Positions 24,601 to 35,630 of a stretch of 64,000 bases of DNA are shown here, piece after piece. The notes beneath the pieces are model-generated. The model saw only the letters and a program-made list of their open reading frames with translations, was not told where the DNA came from and did no database searches. Source of the stretch: Mustelus asterias (taxonomy: Eukaryota); contig NC_135804.1 in the NCBI RefSeq assembly GCF_964213995.1, positions 67,766,001 through 67,830,000 of the forward strand, given 5' to 3'. A program made the position numbers and the translations under genes. Numbering within the stretch: position 1 is the first letter of the stretch; the number at the start of each line of letters is the position of its first letter.

Positions 24601-27600
24601 AACATTCCGGGAACTGGCAAGTGGTGGAATTTGAATTCCATTCGCAATATCTGGAACTAAGAACCGACTGACCACCATGAAACCATTGTCGATTGCCTGG
24701 GGAAAAACGCGCATCTGGTTCAGTAATGTATTTTGAGGAACGAAATCTGCCGTCTTCTCGGTCTGGTCTACACGTGACTCCAGATTCACAGCAATGTTTA
24801 TGGAGTGCTGATACTTCAGTGCAAGGAGCGTAGAAGGTAAGACAGACGAAGTTAGGGCCTTAATGCTCACGAGGAATTTGGATGTGGTTGCGGTGACAGA
24901 GACTTGGTTGAAAGAGGGACAGGACTCGCAGCTGAATATTCCGGGGTACAAGTGTTTTAGGCGAGACAGTGGAGGGGCCAAAAGAGGTGCGGGGGGGGGG
25001 GGGGGAGGTAGCAGTATTAGTTGGAGAGCATATTACTGCGGTGCAGAGGGAGGACAATTCAGAGGGGTCGTGTAACGAGTCACTCTGGGTGGAGCTTAGA
25101 AACAGGAAGGGCGCAGTCACTATGTTGGGGGTGTATACTACAGGCCCCCCAACAGCCCAAGGGAAGTGGAAGAACGGGTATGTCAGGAGATACTGGATAG
25201 GTGCAGGAAAAATAGGGTTGTTGGAGTGGGAGACTTCAATTTCCCCGGTATAGACTGGAAATCGCTGAGAGCTGGGACTCTGAATGGGGAGGAATTTGTA
25301 AAATGCATACAGGAGGGTTCTTTGGAACAATATGTAGATAGCCCGACTAGAGAGGGGGCTATACTGGACCGAGTACTGGGGAATGGGCCTGGTCAGGTCT
25401 TCAAAGTTTCCGTAGGGGAACATGTGGCAAATAGTGAACAAAATTCTGTTAGCTTTAGGAAAGTGATGGAAAAGGATGAGTGGTGTCCCAAGGGTAAGGT
25501 GTTGGATTGGGGAAGGTTAACCTTAGTGGGATTAGGCAGAAATTGGCAGCTCTTGATTGGGAGAGGCTGTTTGAGGGTAAATCCACATCTGGCATGTGGG
25601 AGTCTTTTAAGGGACAGTTGTTAGGGCGACGGGACAGGCATGTGCCTGTAAAAAAGAAGGATAGGAAGGGTAGGATTCGAGAACCGTGGATAACCAGGGA
25701 AATTGAGGGACTGATCAAAAAGAAAAGAGAGGCGTATGTTCGGTCCAGGCAGCGAAAAACGGAGGGAGCTCTGGAGGAGTACAAAGGAAGTAGGAAATAA
25801 CTCAAACGGGGAATTAGAAGGGCAAAAAGGGGTCACGAAATGTCCTTGGCAGACAGGATTAAGGAGAATCCCAAGGCATTTTATTCATACGTTAGGAACA
25901 AAAGGGTTGTCAGGGAAAAAATCGGACCTCTCAGGGACAAAAGTGGGGAATTATGCTTGGAGCCCAAAGAAGTAGGGGAGATCCTAAATGAATACTTTGC
26001 GTCGGTATTCACAAAGGAGAGGGATGTGTTGACTGGGAGTGTCTCGGAGGGGAGTGTTGAACAGTTGGAGAAAATCTCCATTACATGTGAGGAAGTGTTA
26101 GGTTTGTTGGAGAATATAAAGACTGACAAGTCCCCAGGGCCTGATGGAATCTATCCAAGGCTGGTCAGGGAGATGAGAGATGAAATCGCTGGGTCTCTGG
26201 CGCAAATCTTTGTCTCGTCACTGGACACAGGTGAGGTCCCAGAGGATTGTAGGATAGCTAATGTGGTCCCGTTATTTAAGAAGGGTAGGAAGGATAACCC
26301 GGGTAATTATAGGCTCGTGAGCTTGACGTTTGTGGTGGGGAAGTTGTTGGAGAAGATTCTTATGAAAAAGATGTATGCGCATTTAGAAAGGAATAAACTC
26401 ATTAACGATAGTCAGCATGGTTTTGTGAGAGGGAGGTCATGCCTCACTAACCTGGTAGAGTTTTTTGAAGAAGTGACTCGAATGGTTGACGAGGGAAGGG
26501 CCGTGGATGTCGTCTATATGGACTTTAGTAAAGCGTTTGACAAAGTCCCTCATGGTAGGTTGGTGAAAAAGGTTGGATCTCATGGGTAAAGGGGAAGGTG
26601 GCTAGATGGGTGGCGAACTGGCTTGGTCACAGAAGACAGAGGGTGGTAGTGGAAGGGTCTTTTTCCGGCTGGAGGCCTGTGACTAGTGATGTTCCGCAGG
26701 GCTCTGTATTGGGACCTCTGCTGTTTTTGATTTATATAAACGATCTGGAAGAAGGTGTAACTGGGGTGATCAGTAAGTTTGCGGACGACACAAAATTGGC
26801 AGGACTTGCAGATAGTGAGGAGCATTGTCAGAGGCTACAGAAGGATATAGATAGGCTGGAAATTTGGGCAAAGAAATGGCAGATGGAGTTCAATCCTGAT
26901 GAATGCGAAGTGATGCATTTTGGTAGAAATAATGTAGGTAGGAGCTATACGATAAATGGCAGAACAATAAAGGGTGTAGATACGCAGAGGGACCTGGGTC
27001 TGCAAGTCCACAGATCCTTGAAGGTGACGTCACAGGTGGAGAAGGTGGTGAAGAAGGCATATGGCATGCTTGCCTTTATAGGACGGGGCATAGAGTATAA
27101 AAGTTGGGGTCTGATGTTGCAGATGTATAGAACGTTGGTTCGGCCGCATTTGAAATACTGCATCCAGTTCTGGTCGCCACACGACCAGAAGGACGTGGAG
27201 GCTTTGGAGAGTGTACAGAGGAGGGTTCCCAGGATTTGCCTGGTATGGAGGGGCTTAGTTATGAGGAGAGATTGGGTACACTGGGGTTATTCTCCCTGGA
27301 AAGAAGGAGGATGAGGGGAGACTTAATAGAGGTGTATAAAATTATGAAAGGCATAGATAGGGTGAACGGTGGGAAGCTTTTCCCCAGGTCGGTGATGACG
27401 TTCACGAGGGGTCATAGGTTCAAGGTGAAGCGGGGGAGGTTTAACACAGATATCAGAAGGAGATATTTTACACAGAGAGTGGATGGGTCCTGGAATGCGC
27501 TGCCAGGCAAGGTGGTGGAGGCAGACACACTGGGAACGTTTAAGACTTATCGAGATGGCCATATGAACGGAGTGGGAATGGAGGGATACAAAAGAATGGT

Positions 27601-28757
27601 CTAGTTTGGACCAGGGAGCGGCACGGGCTTGGAGGGCCGAAGGGCCTGTTCCTGTGCTGTATTGTTCTTCGTTCTTTGTTCTAATGTTGTTTACTCTGAG
27701 CAAGGACAACTCAGGATGGACATTAAATGCTCGCCAGCCAGCGAAGCCCAAGTCCCACGAAGAACTAAAAAAAGAAACAATTGTTGACACCAGCCATTCA
27801 GGAATAAACGTGGATGATTGAAGCTTGAAAGGCGCCTCCAAACGTTTGGATTGTGAGCCCCACTCGCTTGTAATTCGCGAAAGGGCATTGAAAATGCAAA
27901 TATTGCGAGCGACTATAAAATTATTCATCCCGTTACAACGTTCCCACATTGAAAACGAATTTTACTTATTAGTTTTGCTTGCGTTTTGCTTGGCGAACTT
28001 CAAGTCAAGTAGCATTTTTTTAAGATAGGGATTTGATATACTTTGCAGTGTCGTTGCAACTGCAAGTTTTCCACTTTGTTGAACATCTGTTCTTCTAATC
28101 AAGTGAATGTGCTTTCAGCGCTCTGCATTTATTTATTTTAATGGTCTATTAACCTTCGTTGATTGACTCCATCTACTAAGCATGACATATTTTCAACTTA
28201 CCATATATGAGTACTTGCACCGCAATATCGTTCACAATCGTCCGACGCTGAATTTTGACTGCACAGTGATATGTTCCGGCATCCGGTATGTTGACATTCA
28301 GGAGTTGAAGGTACGCTCCACCTTTCATTATCTGGAAGCGTTTTCCGCTGTCCTCCTGCAGCAACCTCTTATTACCATCTTTCCACCAGAAAGCCGTTGC
28401 GTTTATAAAGTCGGTATGGAAAGGGAAAGGACATCGCAAGGTTACGTTTGTGCATCTGAGCGCCTTTATTGGTTCAATATCCGATGTGCCCATAGCAACT
28501 ATAAACAAAAATGAACACACACATACTAAATCATACATATGCAATAAAAGTTGATGTATACTACGAAAATAACATCACCCGTTCAGTCCACATATACCGT
28601 AACAATTTAATGTGCCTCACTGCTAGAATTATTCTCGAGTTCCAGCATTTGTATTTCGACTTGAGATTTCTAAATATGTTTTACTCACCCAGGCCCTTCC
28701 GACCACTAGGAACACGTGGCATGGCAATAAACACAATTTAAAAAAAAATAAAGACAT
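18539..28757 (-). CDS. SIRP-like inhibitory Ig-superfamily receptor (leader-V-C1-TM-cytoplasmic tail with 4 Tyr motifs), 7 coding exons, 340 aa plus leader
   Basis: Exons 28689-28757 (uncertain), 28202-28498, 23929-24231, 22640-22747, 22149-22192, 18838-18948 and 18539-18697. All introns are GT-AG. Junction phases after V, C1, TM and the two following exons are 1,1,1,0,0, keeping the frame to TGA at 18539-18541. Confidence 0.85.
18838..18948 (-). CDS. Cytoplasmic exon: KELNSAEGKLMYAALYLTGSKRGEMPKQHREHTVYAE
   Basis: Acceptor TTCCTAG|AAG, donor GAG|GTAAAT; 111 bp, phase 0-0; ITIM LMYAAL. Confidence 0.85.
18995..21360 (-). mobile_element. Old degraded CR1 LINE in an intron
   Basis: NVAPLFKKGGKQYSRNYRPISLTSAIGKMLESI and VLDPQLFTIDINDLD motifs. 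Confidence 0.75.
19721..19852. mobile_element. Short GC-rich MITE-like element with terminal inverted repeats (Harbinger-type)
   Basis: GGGAATTTTACCGGCAC ... GTGCCGGTCAGATTCTT imperfect inverted ends, inserted in the AT-rich CR1 relic. Confidence 0.55.
22149..22192 (-). CDS. Short cytoplasmic exon: (G)AKKKSINTTQRTDE
   Basis: Acceptor CCTTTTCGAATTTCACCAG|GT, donor GAG|GTAAGC; 44 bp, converting phase 1 to phase 0 as the next exon requires. Confidence 0.8.
22640..22747 (-). CDS. Transmembrane exon: (A)NPSKINVLMVGGWSGGVLAILFLTLMLVIGVIKCK
   Basis: Acceptor TTTTGATAG|CT, donor AAAG|GTATGA; 108 bp, phase 1-1; uncharged hydrophobic helix followed by basic residues. Confidence 0.9.
22945..23245 (-). 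mobile_element. HE1/V-SINE-type SINE
   Basis: Same family as 4463-4802 (GGAAACCGGAGCA..CCGGAGGAAACCC, AATGTGCAAACTCCACACAG). Confidence 0.8.
23929..24231 (-). CDS. Ig C1-set domain exon
   Basis: LQCKTAAFYPKGFNLTWHKNG...NSEGLFEVVSNL...VYICQVYH shows the C1 signatures (CxxxxFYP, W, YxCxVxH). Acceptor TTTAG|CT, donor GAAG|GTAATC; 303 bp, phase 1-1. Confidence 0.93.
24555..24798 (+). mobile_element. Ancient tRNA-derived SINE (SacSINE1-like), 5' part, split by a CR1; 3' part at ~27683-27775
   Basis: GGTGGAATTTGAATTC...CCATGAAACCATTGTCGATTG...CATCTGGTTCA...AAATCTGCCGTC...GTGACTCCAGA. Related copies lie at ~40230-40540 and ~48820-49030. The family name is from recall. Confidence 0.55.
24799..27682 (+). 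mobile_element. Young CR1 LINE (ORF2 endonuclease + RT, 5'-truncated at the ORF2 start) in the V-C1 intron, antisense to the gene
   Basis: [45 protein letters not shown] and KFADDTK motifs with several frameshifts/stops. Candidate TSD AATGTT at 24793-24798 and 27683-27688. Confidence 0.95.
28202..28498 (-). CDS. Ig V-set domain exon
   Basis: NVTLRCPF...AFWWKDG...KRF...AYLQLLNVNIPDAGTYHCAV: B-strand Cys, C-strand Trp and DxGxYxC. Acceptor TTTTTGTTTATAG|TT, donor TATG|GTAAGT; 297 bp, phase 1-1. Confidence 0.93.
28689..28757 (-). CDS. Candidate leader (signal peptide) exon
   Basis: Strong donor GG|GTGAGT 190 bp upstream of the V exon. The ATG at 28757 gives hydrophobic MSLFFFKLCLLPCHVFLVVGRAW but in phase 0. 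The ATG at 28722 (MPRVPSGRKGL) is in the correct phase 1 but is not signal-like. Confidence 0.5.
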
Positions 28758-29859
28758 TCACTTTTCCGCCAACTATGAGATCAACTTACTGTTGCGTCTG
28801 GCTCGCGAATAGTCATAGAAAACAAAATGAAAACATAAAACAGAAATCTACCTGGAAGGAAAATCGACAAAGAAACTTTGCCCCAAAGCGAACAACCCAT
28901 GACCATATGGACGCAGAGACAATGATAGATAATACGCTGAGATTATATACCGAACAGACGGATATCCGTCGGATGGGCGGCTCCGATTTGATTATAAACG
29001 ACTACTGATCAGTAAGCAAATGACAAGATAATGCTGAGTAAAACAAATGCATATCTTTTCGAACAAGATATTCCGGCGTGTGAGTGAGCTGAAGTAGTAA
29101 TGGGAAACAGAAGGCAACGATATCAAAACAGACTGGTGAGGGAGGGGCGTGGTGAATGGGACTGGTCCCGGGCGGTATCGATGAACAAATGGTAAATGAC
29201 ACGTCAAGTCCATGAATCGCCATTTTGTCAGCCACCATGGGGGAATAATATTGCAAGTCTTCACAAGATAGGTTCCCCAAATATTTGTGTTGGGTTCACT
29301 GTGGGCCTACGTTGATCGTTTAAAGTGCCATTGGTCCGAACCGTCTGGTTGATTCAGGCAGCAAACAGGTGAGAAGTGAGTAGAGCCTGTCGGATAAATA
29401 TTAATTATATTGCTTGATGCACAATTAGATTGTGGGAGATGACGCAATTTCCCGGTAATGGAATATCTGTGGAAATTTCCGAATGTGACTTCTAGTGGTT
29501 TTTGCTATTTTTCTGCGCGGAGTGTAGACTAGGGTTTTATTGAATTATGCGCGCAGTTGGAGGTGGGGCCGAGCTGGTGCTAGACCTCGCCAGTTAGCTT
29601 TTAAGCTGTCTTCGTTTCCAACTGCAGGCCTGCAGCGTCAGTTTAAGACACTCTTCTCCAAGTATCCTACGAATGAGAATAAATCCGGGACAATATACAA
29701 ATTGCTGGGTTAAAAATGAGATGTACACTTCTCACAAATCAATCAATTTAATACATTTTGCTGATACATTATATTTTCCTCTGGAGAAATTCGAACACTA
29801 TCACTAACAAGAAACTGATCTTAACATGGACTATAGATATGAAAATCAGGTATCAGGTG

Positions 29860-32800
29860 AAAGTCACAGCCAACGACACCAAAGTAGCATTTGACCGAGT
29901 GTCAAGGAGCTCTAACTTAACTGGCGTCAATGGGAATAAGAGGGAAAACGCTCCGCTGACTGGAAGCATACCGCATACCTGGCACAACAAAGGAATTTTT
30001 TGGTGAATTTAGGTCAATTATCTCAGTTCCACGACAACACTGCAGGAGTTACTCGGTGTGATGTCCTGGACCCAAACATCTTCAGCTGCTTCTTCGATGA
30101 CCTTCTTTTCATCATAAGGCCGGAAGTGTGGATTTGTTTTCAGGTGACTGCTGAATATTGACAAGAATTTGCGACTCATCAGATACTGAAGCAGTCTATA
30201 GAAAAAAATACAGCAAGGCCTACACAATATTCAGGCATTAGCTGAAAACAACAGAAAAAGAACATTCACGCCACACAAGTGCTGAGCATCTCCAAAAAGG
30301 GACTATCTAGCCTGTCAACGGTGCATGACGTTAACATCGCTGAGTCTTCCACTGTCAACATCCTGGGGGTTACTATAGAATAGAATTTGAACTGGTCTAG
30401 CCACATACAAGAGTGCTTTGCGTGGCAATTCAAAGGCTAGGTATCCTGCGGCGAGAAACTCTCTTCCTGGTTCCCCAATGCTTGCCCTTCATTTATAAGG
30501 CGCAGGTCTGGAGTGTGATGGAAGACACACCGCTTGTCTGGGTGAGTGCATCCGCAACAACATTCAGTAAGTTCCACATATTCAGGCCAATGCAGCTCGC
30601 TGGATTGCTACACCCTCCGCATCATTTCGTCCTTCTACCAGCGACGAATGCTTGCAGCCTTGTGCAGCAACTGTAAAATGCACTGCACTACAAAATGAAC
30701 GAATGTTCCTGAGGTTGTAGTGTCATCGAGAAGGCAAGAGTTGCAGATATATGCTGGAGCAGAAAAGTTCCAAGTGACTTTGGCAAAACACAAGAACTAA
30801 ACAATGATCATCTGCAATGCAAAATAATCCAACCATTGATTCTTGACATTCAATGTCATTCCCCTCAGTGAAAACCACACGACCAACATCCAAAGGGTTT
30901 TCATTTACCAGAAACTTAAGTAAACCATCCATATAAATAGTTGGCATGCACATGAAATCTGTAAAATAAAGGGGTTCATAATTTGAAGTCATACCCAGCA
31001 CAAAGTAATATGGTTGCGGTTGCAGGAGGTAAATAATCTAATCTCCTGGATATCACTGCAGAAATTCCGCAGGGCAATGTCCTCCGATGAACTGCTTCAT
31101 CAATAAGCTGTCTTCCATCATCAGGTAAGAAGTGGGATAGTTCTTTGATGTTTGCAAAAGATTCAAAATTATTCGAGGTGCTTCAGACTTTGAAGCAGCT
31201 AATGTCAAAACGGAACAGGTCCTGCACAATATCTGGGCTTGAGCAGACATCTGCCATTGGCAATACACAAGTACTAACCAATGCCCAGCTACAATAAGCG
31301 ATAATCTAACCATTGTGTATTGACATTCAATGTCATTTACTTCACCAAATTACACAGAATCAACATCCCAGGGGTTACCATTTACGAAAAATTTAAGTAG
31401 ACTTTCGTTTCAAATATTTTGGCTCCAGAAACATTTAAGAAGCTCGGGATGCTGCAGCGAGTTACTCACATGCTGACTTCCCAACGCCTGCCCACTATCA
31501 ACAAGGCATAGCTTAGGAGTGTGATGGAATATCATTTATGAACTGGATGAATGAAGCTCAAATATTACTAAAGAAGCTCAGAAACACATCCTGGAAGTTC
31601 CCCTCATCAGTCACTTTGCAGACTTGGAAATCTATTGCCATTCGGTCAAAATCCTGGATCTTTCGTCTCCCCCAGACCCAACGGCGCTGTTGGTGCACAT
31701 GTAACTTGGGGACTGCAGCCTTGCAAGAGGCAGTTCACCACCACCTTTTGAAAGGCAACTCGGGATGGTCAATAAATTTTGGCCTAACTATCGATGTCCG
31801 CAAAGCATAAGTTAAGTTACAAACTGACCTATGGTCTTCAAAGCCAGCATGAAATGTTGATGGATGCATGCTTCTCGACAACGCACTCCCAACCTCGGTC
31901 GTTGTGTACTTGAAACAACATTGATTGGAAATGCCCCAAATTGCATTGCTTATTGTTTTACCAGTTCCATCAGCTCACCGTAATTTTGACACCAGTTAGT
32001 TCAGACACTCTTTGCACAAGGCTCAATTATGTGTTATAACGTAGGCAGTTGCATGAAATCTGGAAACTAAAAGTGTTCATTATTTGTAGTAATACCCAAC
32101 ACAAAGTAATATGGTTGCGGTTGCAAGAGGTCAGTCATCTAATTTCCAGAACATCACTGCAGGAATTCCGCAGGGCCGCGTTCACAGGTGAACTGCTTCA
32201 TCAATGCCCTGTCTTCCGTCATAGGATAAGAAATGAGGAAGCTTTTTGATGTTTGCAAAAGGTTCAAAATTATTCGTACTTGACTTTGAAGCACCTAATA
32301 TCTACACAGAACAGGCCCTGGACAATATCCAAGCTTGGGCAGCGAAGTGCCAGCTGACGTTGGCAATACCCAAGTGCGAAAAAATGACTGGCTACACTAA
32401 GAAGTAATCTAATAATTGCGACTTCACATTCAGAGTAATTTCCATCAGTGAATCTCACACTATCAATATCCGAGAGGGTTACGATTTAATGGAAACTTAA
32501 GTAGACTATCCATATAAATATTTTGGCTGCAAGAACAGTTCAGAGGCTAGGGATGCTGCGGCGAGTTACTCGTCCGCTGTGTCCAGAACACCTGTCCGCC
32601 ACCAAAAAGCCATACGTCATGTGATGGAGTATCTTCTATGGTCTGGATGAATGTAGCTCAAGTATGGCTAAATAAGCTAATCGGATTCAAAAACGAACTG
32701 CCGCTTAAATTGCATCGCGTCCACAAATATTCCATCCTTCTAACATGGACGAACAGTGCAGCAATCTGTACCATGCAAAAGATGCACTGCTGTAAATTCC

Positions 32801-33125
32801 CAGAGTCTCTGAGACAGCACGTTCCAAGCTAATCACTGCTCCGATCTGGAAGGAACAGGGAAGCAGGAATATGTAAGCATCACCATCTGACAGTTTCCCT
32901 TCAAGTCACTCACCATCCTGACGTGCGACTATATCACCGTTCCTTCACTGTCGCTGGGTCAAAATCCAAAAACTCCCTCCATAACCGTACCGTGCCTGTA
33001 AATGCACCACATGGACTACAACAGTTCAATAAAGTCATTAAATCCCAAATTCTGAAGGACAATAAAGATGGGCAATAAATCCTGGACTTGCCAATTACTC
33101 CCACATCGTGTAAACTTATCAAAAA
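29860..33125 (+). mobile_element. Tandemly arranged decayed CR1/L2-type LINE 3' fragments (3-4 units)
   Basis: ACAAAGTAATATGGTTGCGGTTGCA..ATCACTGCAG.AATTCCGCAGGGC occurs at ~30999 and ~32101; ACATCC..GGGGTT and AACTTAAGTA blocks recur. Confidence 0.65.
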
Positions 33126-33479
33126 GATTTATGAAGTTCAAAGAGCTCTTGAATAACTGGTAGATATAGCAAATTTAGACTTCACAATACTTGTCCTGAA
33201 TTTTGGATTAATGGTCTGGAGGCTAAAATAAAATAGTATTTGTATTGATCGTAACTGGTGACGTTGTTTGTTGAAGTAATGTCGGAGAAAATCTGGTTAT
33301 TGAGCGGTTTTGGTAGTCAATTGCTCAGGTGTTTTGGTAGCGTTCCTTCCGTCCTTCCGCCTTAATCCTGAATATTTCATGCACACATGAATATATCAAT
33401 CTGGCAGCATCACGCAGTCATATAAAACGTAAAAAAAAGTTATTGTTAATTAGCAATAATCTTCAGTCTGATTCAGCAC

Positions 33480-34290
33480 TTTATTTGATTTGGTTTGATT
33501 TGATTTGTTATTGGCATATGAACTGGGGGAAAGTGAAGAGTTTTGTTTCTTGTGCCCTGTTCAGGCAGAACATACCGTTCATAAAATACATAGCATAAAA
33601 AGGAATAATAGGGTGCAGAATATATTGTTGCAGTTACACGTAGGGTGAAGAGAAAGATCACCTTAATAAATGATGGGCCATTCAAAAGTCTGATGATTCT
33701 GTTAATATGTGCTTTCAGACAGTTGTATCCATTTTACCGACGGAGAAAGGTGAAAAAGTGATTATCTTTTGTGTGCGGCTTCTTTCCCGAGGGAGAGCGA
33801 AGTATACAGGGAATCAATGGACAGGAAAATTGTTTGCGTTGTTGGCTAGGCGAGGGTCACAATCCTTTGTAGTTTCTTTCGGTCTTGGGCAGAGCAGAAG
33901 CCACAACAAGCAATGAAACAACCGGAAAGGATACTTTCTATGGTGCATCTGTAAAAATTGGGAAACGTCGGAGTGGAGCTACCAAATTTCCTTAAGCATA
34001 TGAGAAAGTTGCTGAGCTTTCTTAAATATAACGTCGGCTGGAGGGACCAGGACATATTGTTGATGATCAGACCACCTCGAAACCTGAAGCTCTCGACTAT
34101 CACCGCTTCATCATCGCTGATGTAGGCATGGTATATCTTCCACGACTTTCCAGAAGTCGATGACGGGCTCCTTCGTTTTTCTGACAGTGGGGGAAAGCGG
34201 AGAACAGCAAAGAGATATAGAATTTGGTGAAATGGTGCAACGACCATAACCTCGCCCTTAATGTCATTAAAACGGTGGTAATCGACTTCA
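33480..34290 (-). mobile_element. Rex1/Babar-type LINE 3' fragment
   Basis: LRKFG...NFYRCTIESILSGC...CSAQDRKKLQRIV motif; (ATTTG)n tail. Confidence 0.75.
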
Positions 34291-34599
34291 GAAAAAGATA
34301 ATAGCTAAGAAACCGACCTAAAGGAGTGACTTGAGGACAGTATTCAACTAAAATGTCGAAGCTAAGTGAATGTCAGAGGTATATCGTGTCCGCAAAATAA
34401 GTTTACTTGGTTTAAATACTGCGTGTTGTAATTATCTGGACCATTTTGTTGTCTTCTTGAAGTTTCATGATTAGCGTGGTAATGCGATTTTGTTTTGCTG
34501 TGATGTCTGTCAAATTCACTACTTTCATGCATTTGCTTCATTATTTCACGTTATTTGGGGGCCACCTGCTCGTCTAAGTGAGGTTATCAATCCCTGATT

Positions 34600-35630
34600 G
34601 TCTTTTCAAACATGGTAGTGACACATTTTCTTATAATGCCGCAGTACATGTCCTGCAGTTGCACCTACAGCGCTGGCAGGAAGAGAGTTCCAGATTTGTG
34701 ACGGTACAACAGCAAGGGAATGGCAATGTTCCATGGTAGCATGGTGTGTGGTTTAGCGGGAAACGTTCAAGTAGAAGTTGTTGGAACTGAACTCATTCAG
34801 GCATGTTAAGGGTATTCCATCGCATCAATCTCCTGCATTGTTTGGTGCTGGTGTTGGACTACATTTGCAGAATGACAAGGTGAGTTCCTGGCGAAGTATC
34901 CGCAGCGTCTGACTTGTAACTGTAGCCACAGTAAGTATATGGCTTGTTTCGTCAGTTTTCGGTAAATTGTATCTCTTAGGATGTTGGTAGTGGGGCGCAG
35001 TAAGTAAAGGTGAGATTGTTGGGTTATTTTTTGTCGGAGATGGACATTGCTTGGCACTGCAATGGTGCTCGAGTTCCTTGCAATTAATCAGACTTAATCT
35101 AAAAGTTACCCGATAAATTTTGCACATGGGCACGAATAGCTTCAGTATCCGAATAGTTGATGGTGCGGGAATAGTGCTGAGCTGCCGCAATCAGCGGAGA
35201 ATATTTGAACAACTGACTTAAATTGGAGGAAACGTCATTGATGAAACGTCTGAAGATGGTTGGGCCCAGAACGGAACACTGTCACCTCCCGCAACTCCAG
35301 CCAGCTAACGTTCTGTTGGATGTGAGCGTGACAATCAACCCCACCCTCCAATTCCCAAACCCTCAATTCGTCTTAACTCAGATTAGGTGGGGCTAATGAT
35401 AATGCTCTCGCAGAAATGATGCCCTGATGTCAAAGGCATTCACTTTCACCGCGTGTCTCGAATGTATCTATTATATCCATACGCATAGCAAGTCTGTAAT
35501 GAGGTACGGACATGAATGTTTCTGGTGGGAAACAAAATGGACGCCAGCGATCTGGTTATTGCCATCAAAGTGCTGCTCGATCGCATTGTCGAGCAAATCT
35601 CCCATTTCTTTGTTGATGATCTGAACTAGA
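34600..35630 (-). mobile_element. Decayed ancient CR1/L2-type LINE fragment
   Basis: Reverse-complement similarity to the 29860-33125 fragments. Confidence 0.45.

Noticed and set aside
28000-28210. Rearranging V gene segment with a recombination signal sequence
   Set aside because: The V exon includes its own G strand and ends in a splice donor; no CACAGTG-spacer-ACAAAAACC follows it. The CACAGTG near 28262 is simply the antisense of the H-C-A codons.
29231-29248. Perfect Kozak GCCACCATGG on the plus strand, divergent from the receptor
   Set aside because: The frame stops after three codons (ATG GGG GAA TAA).
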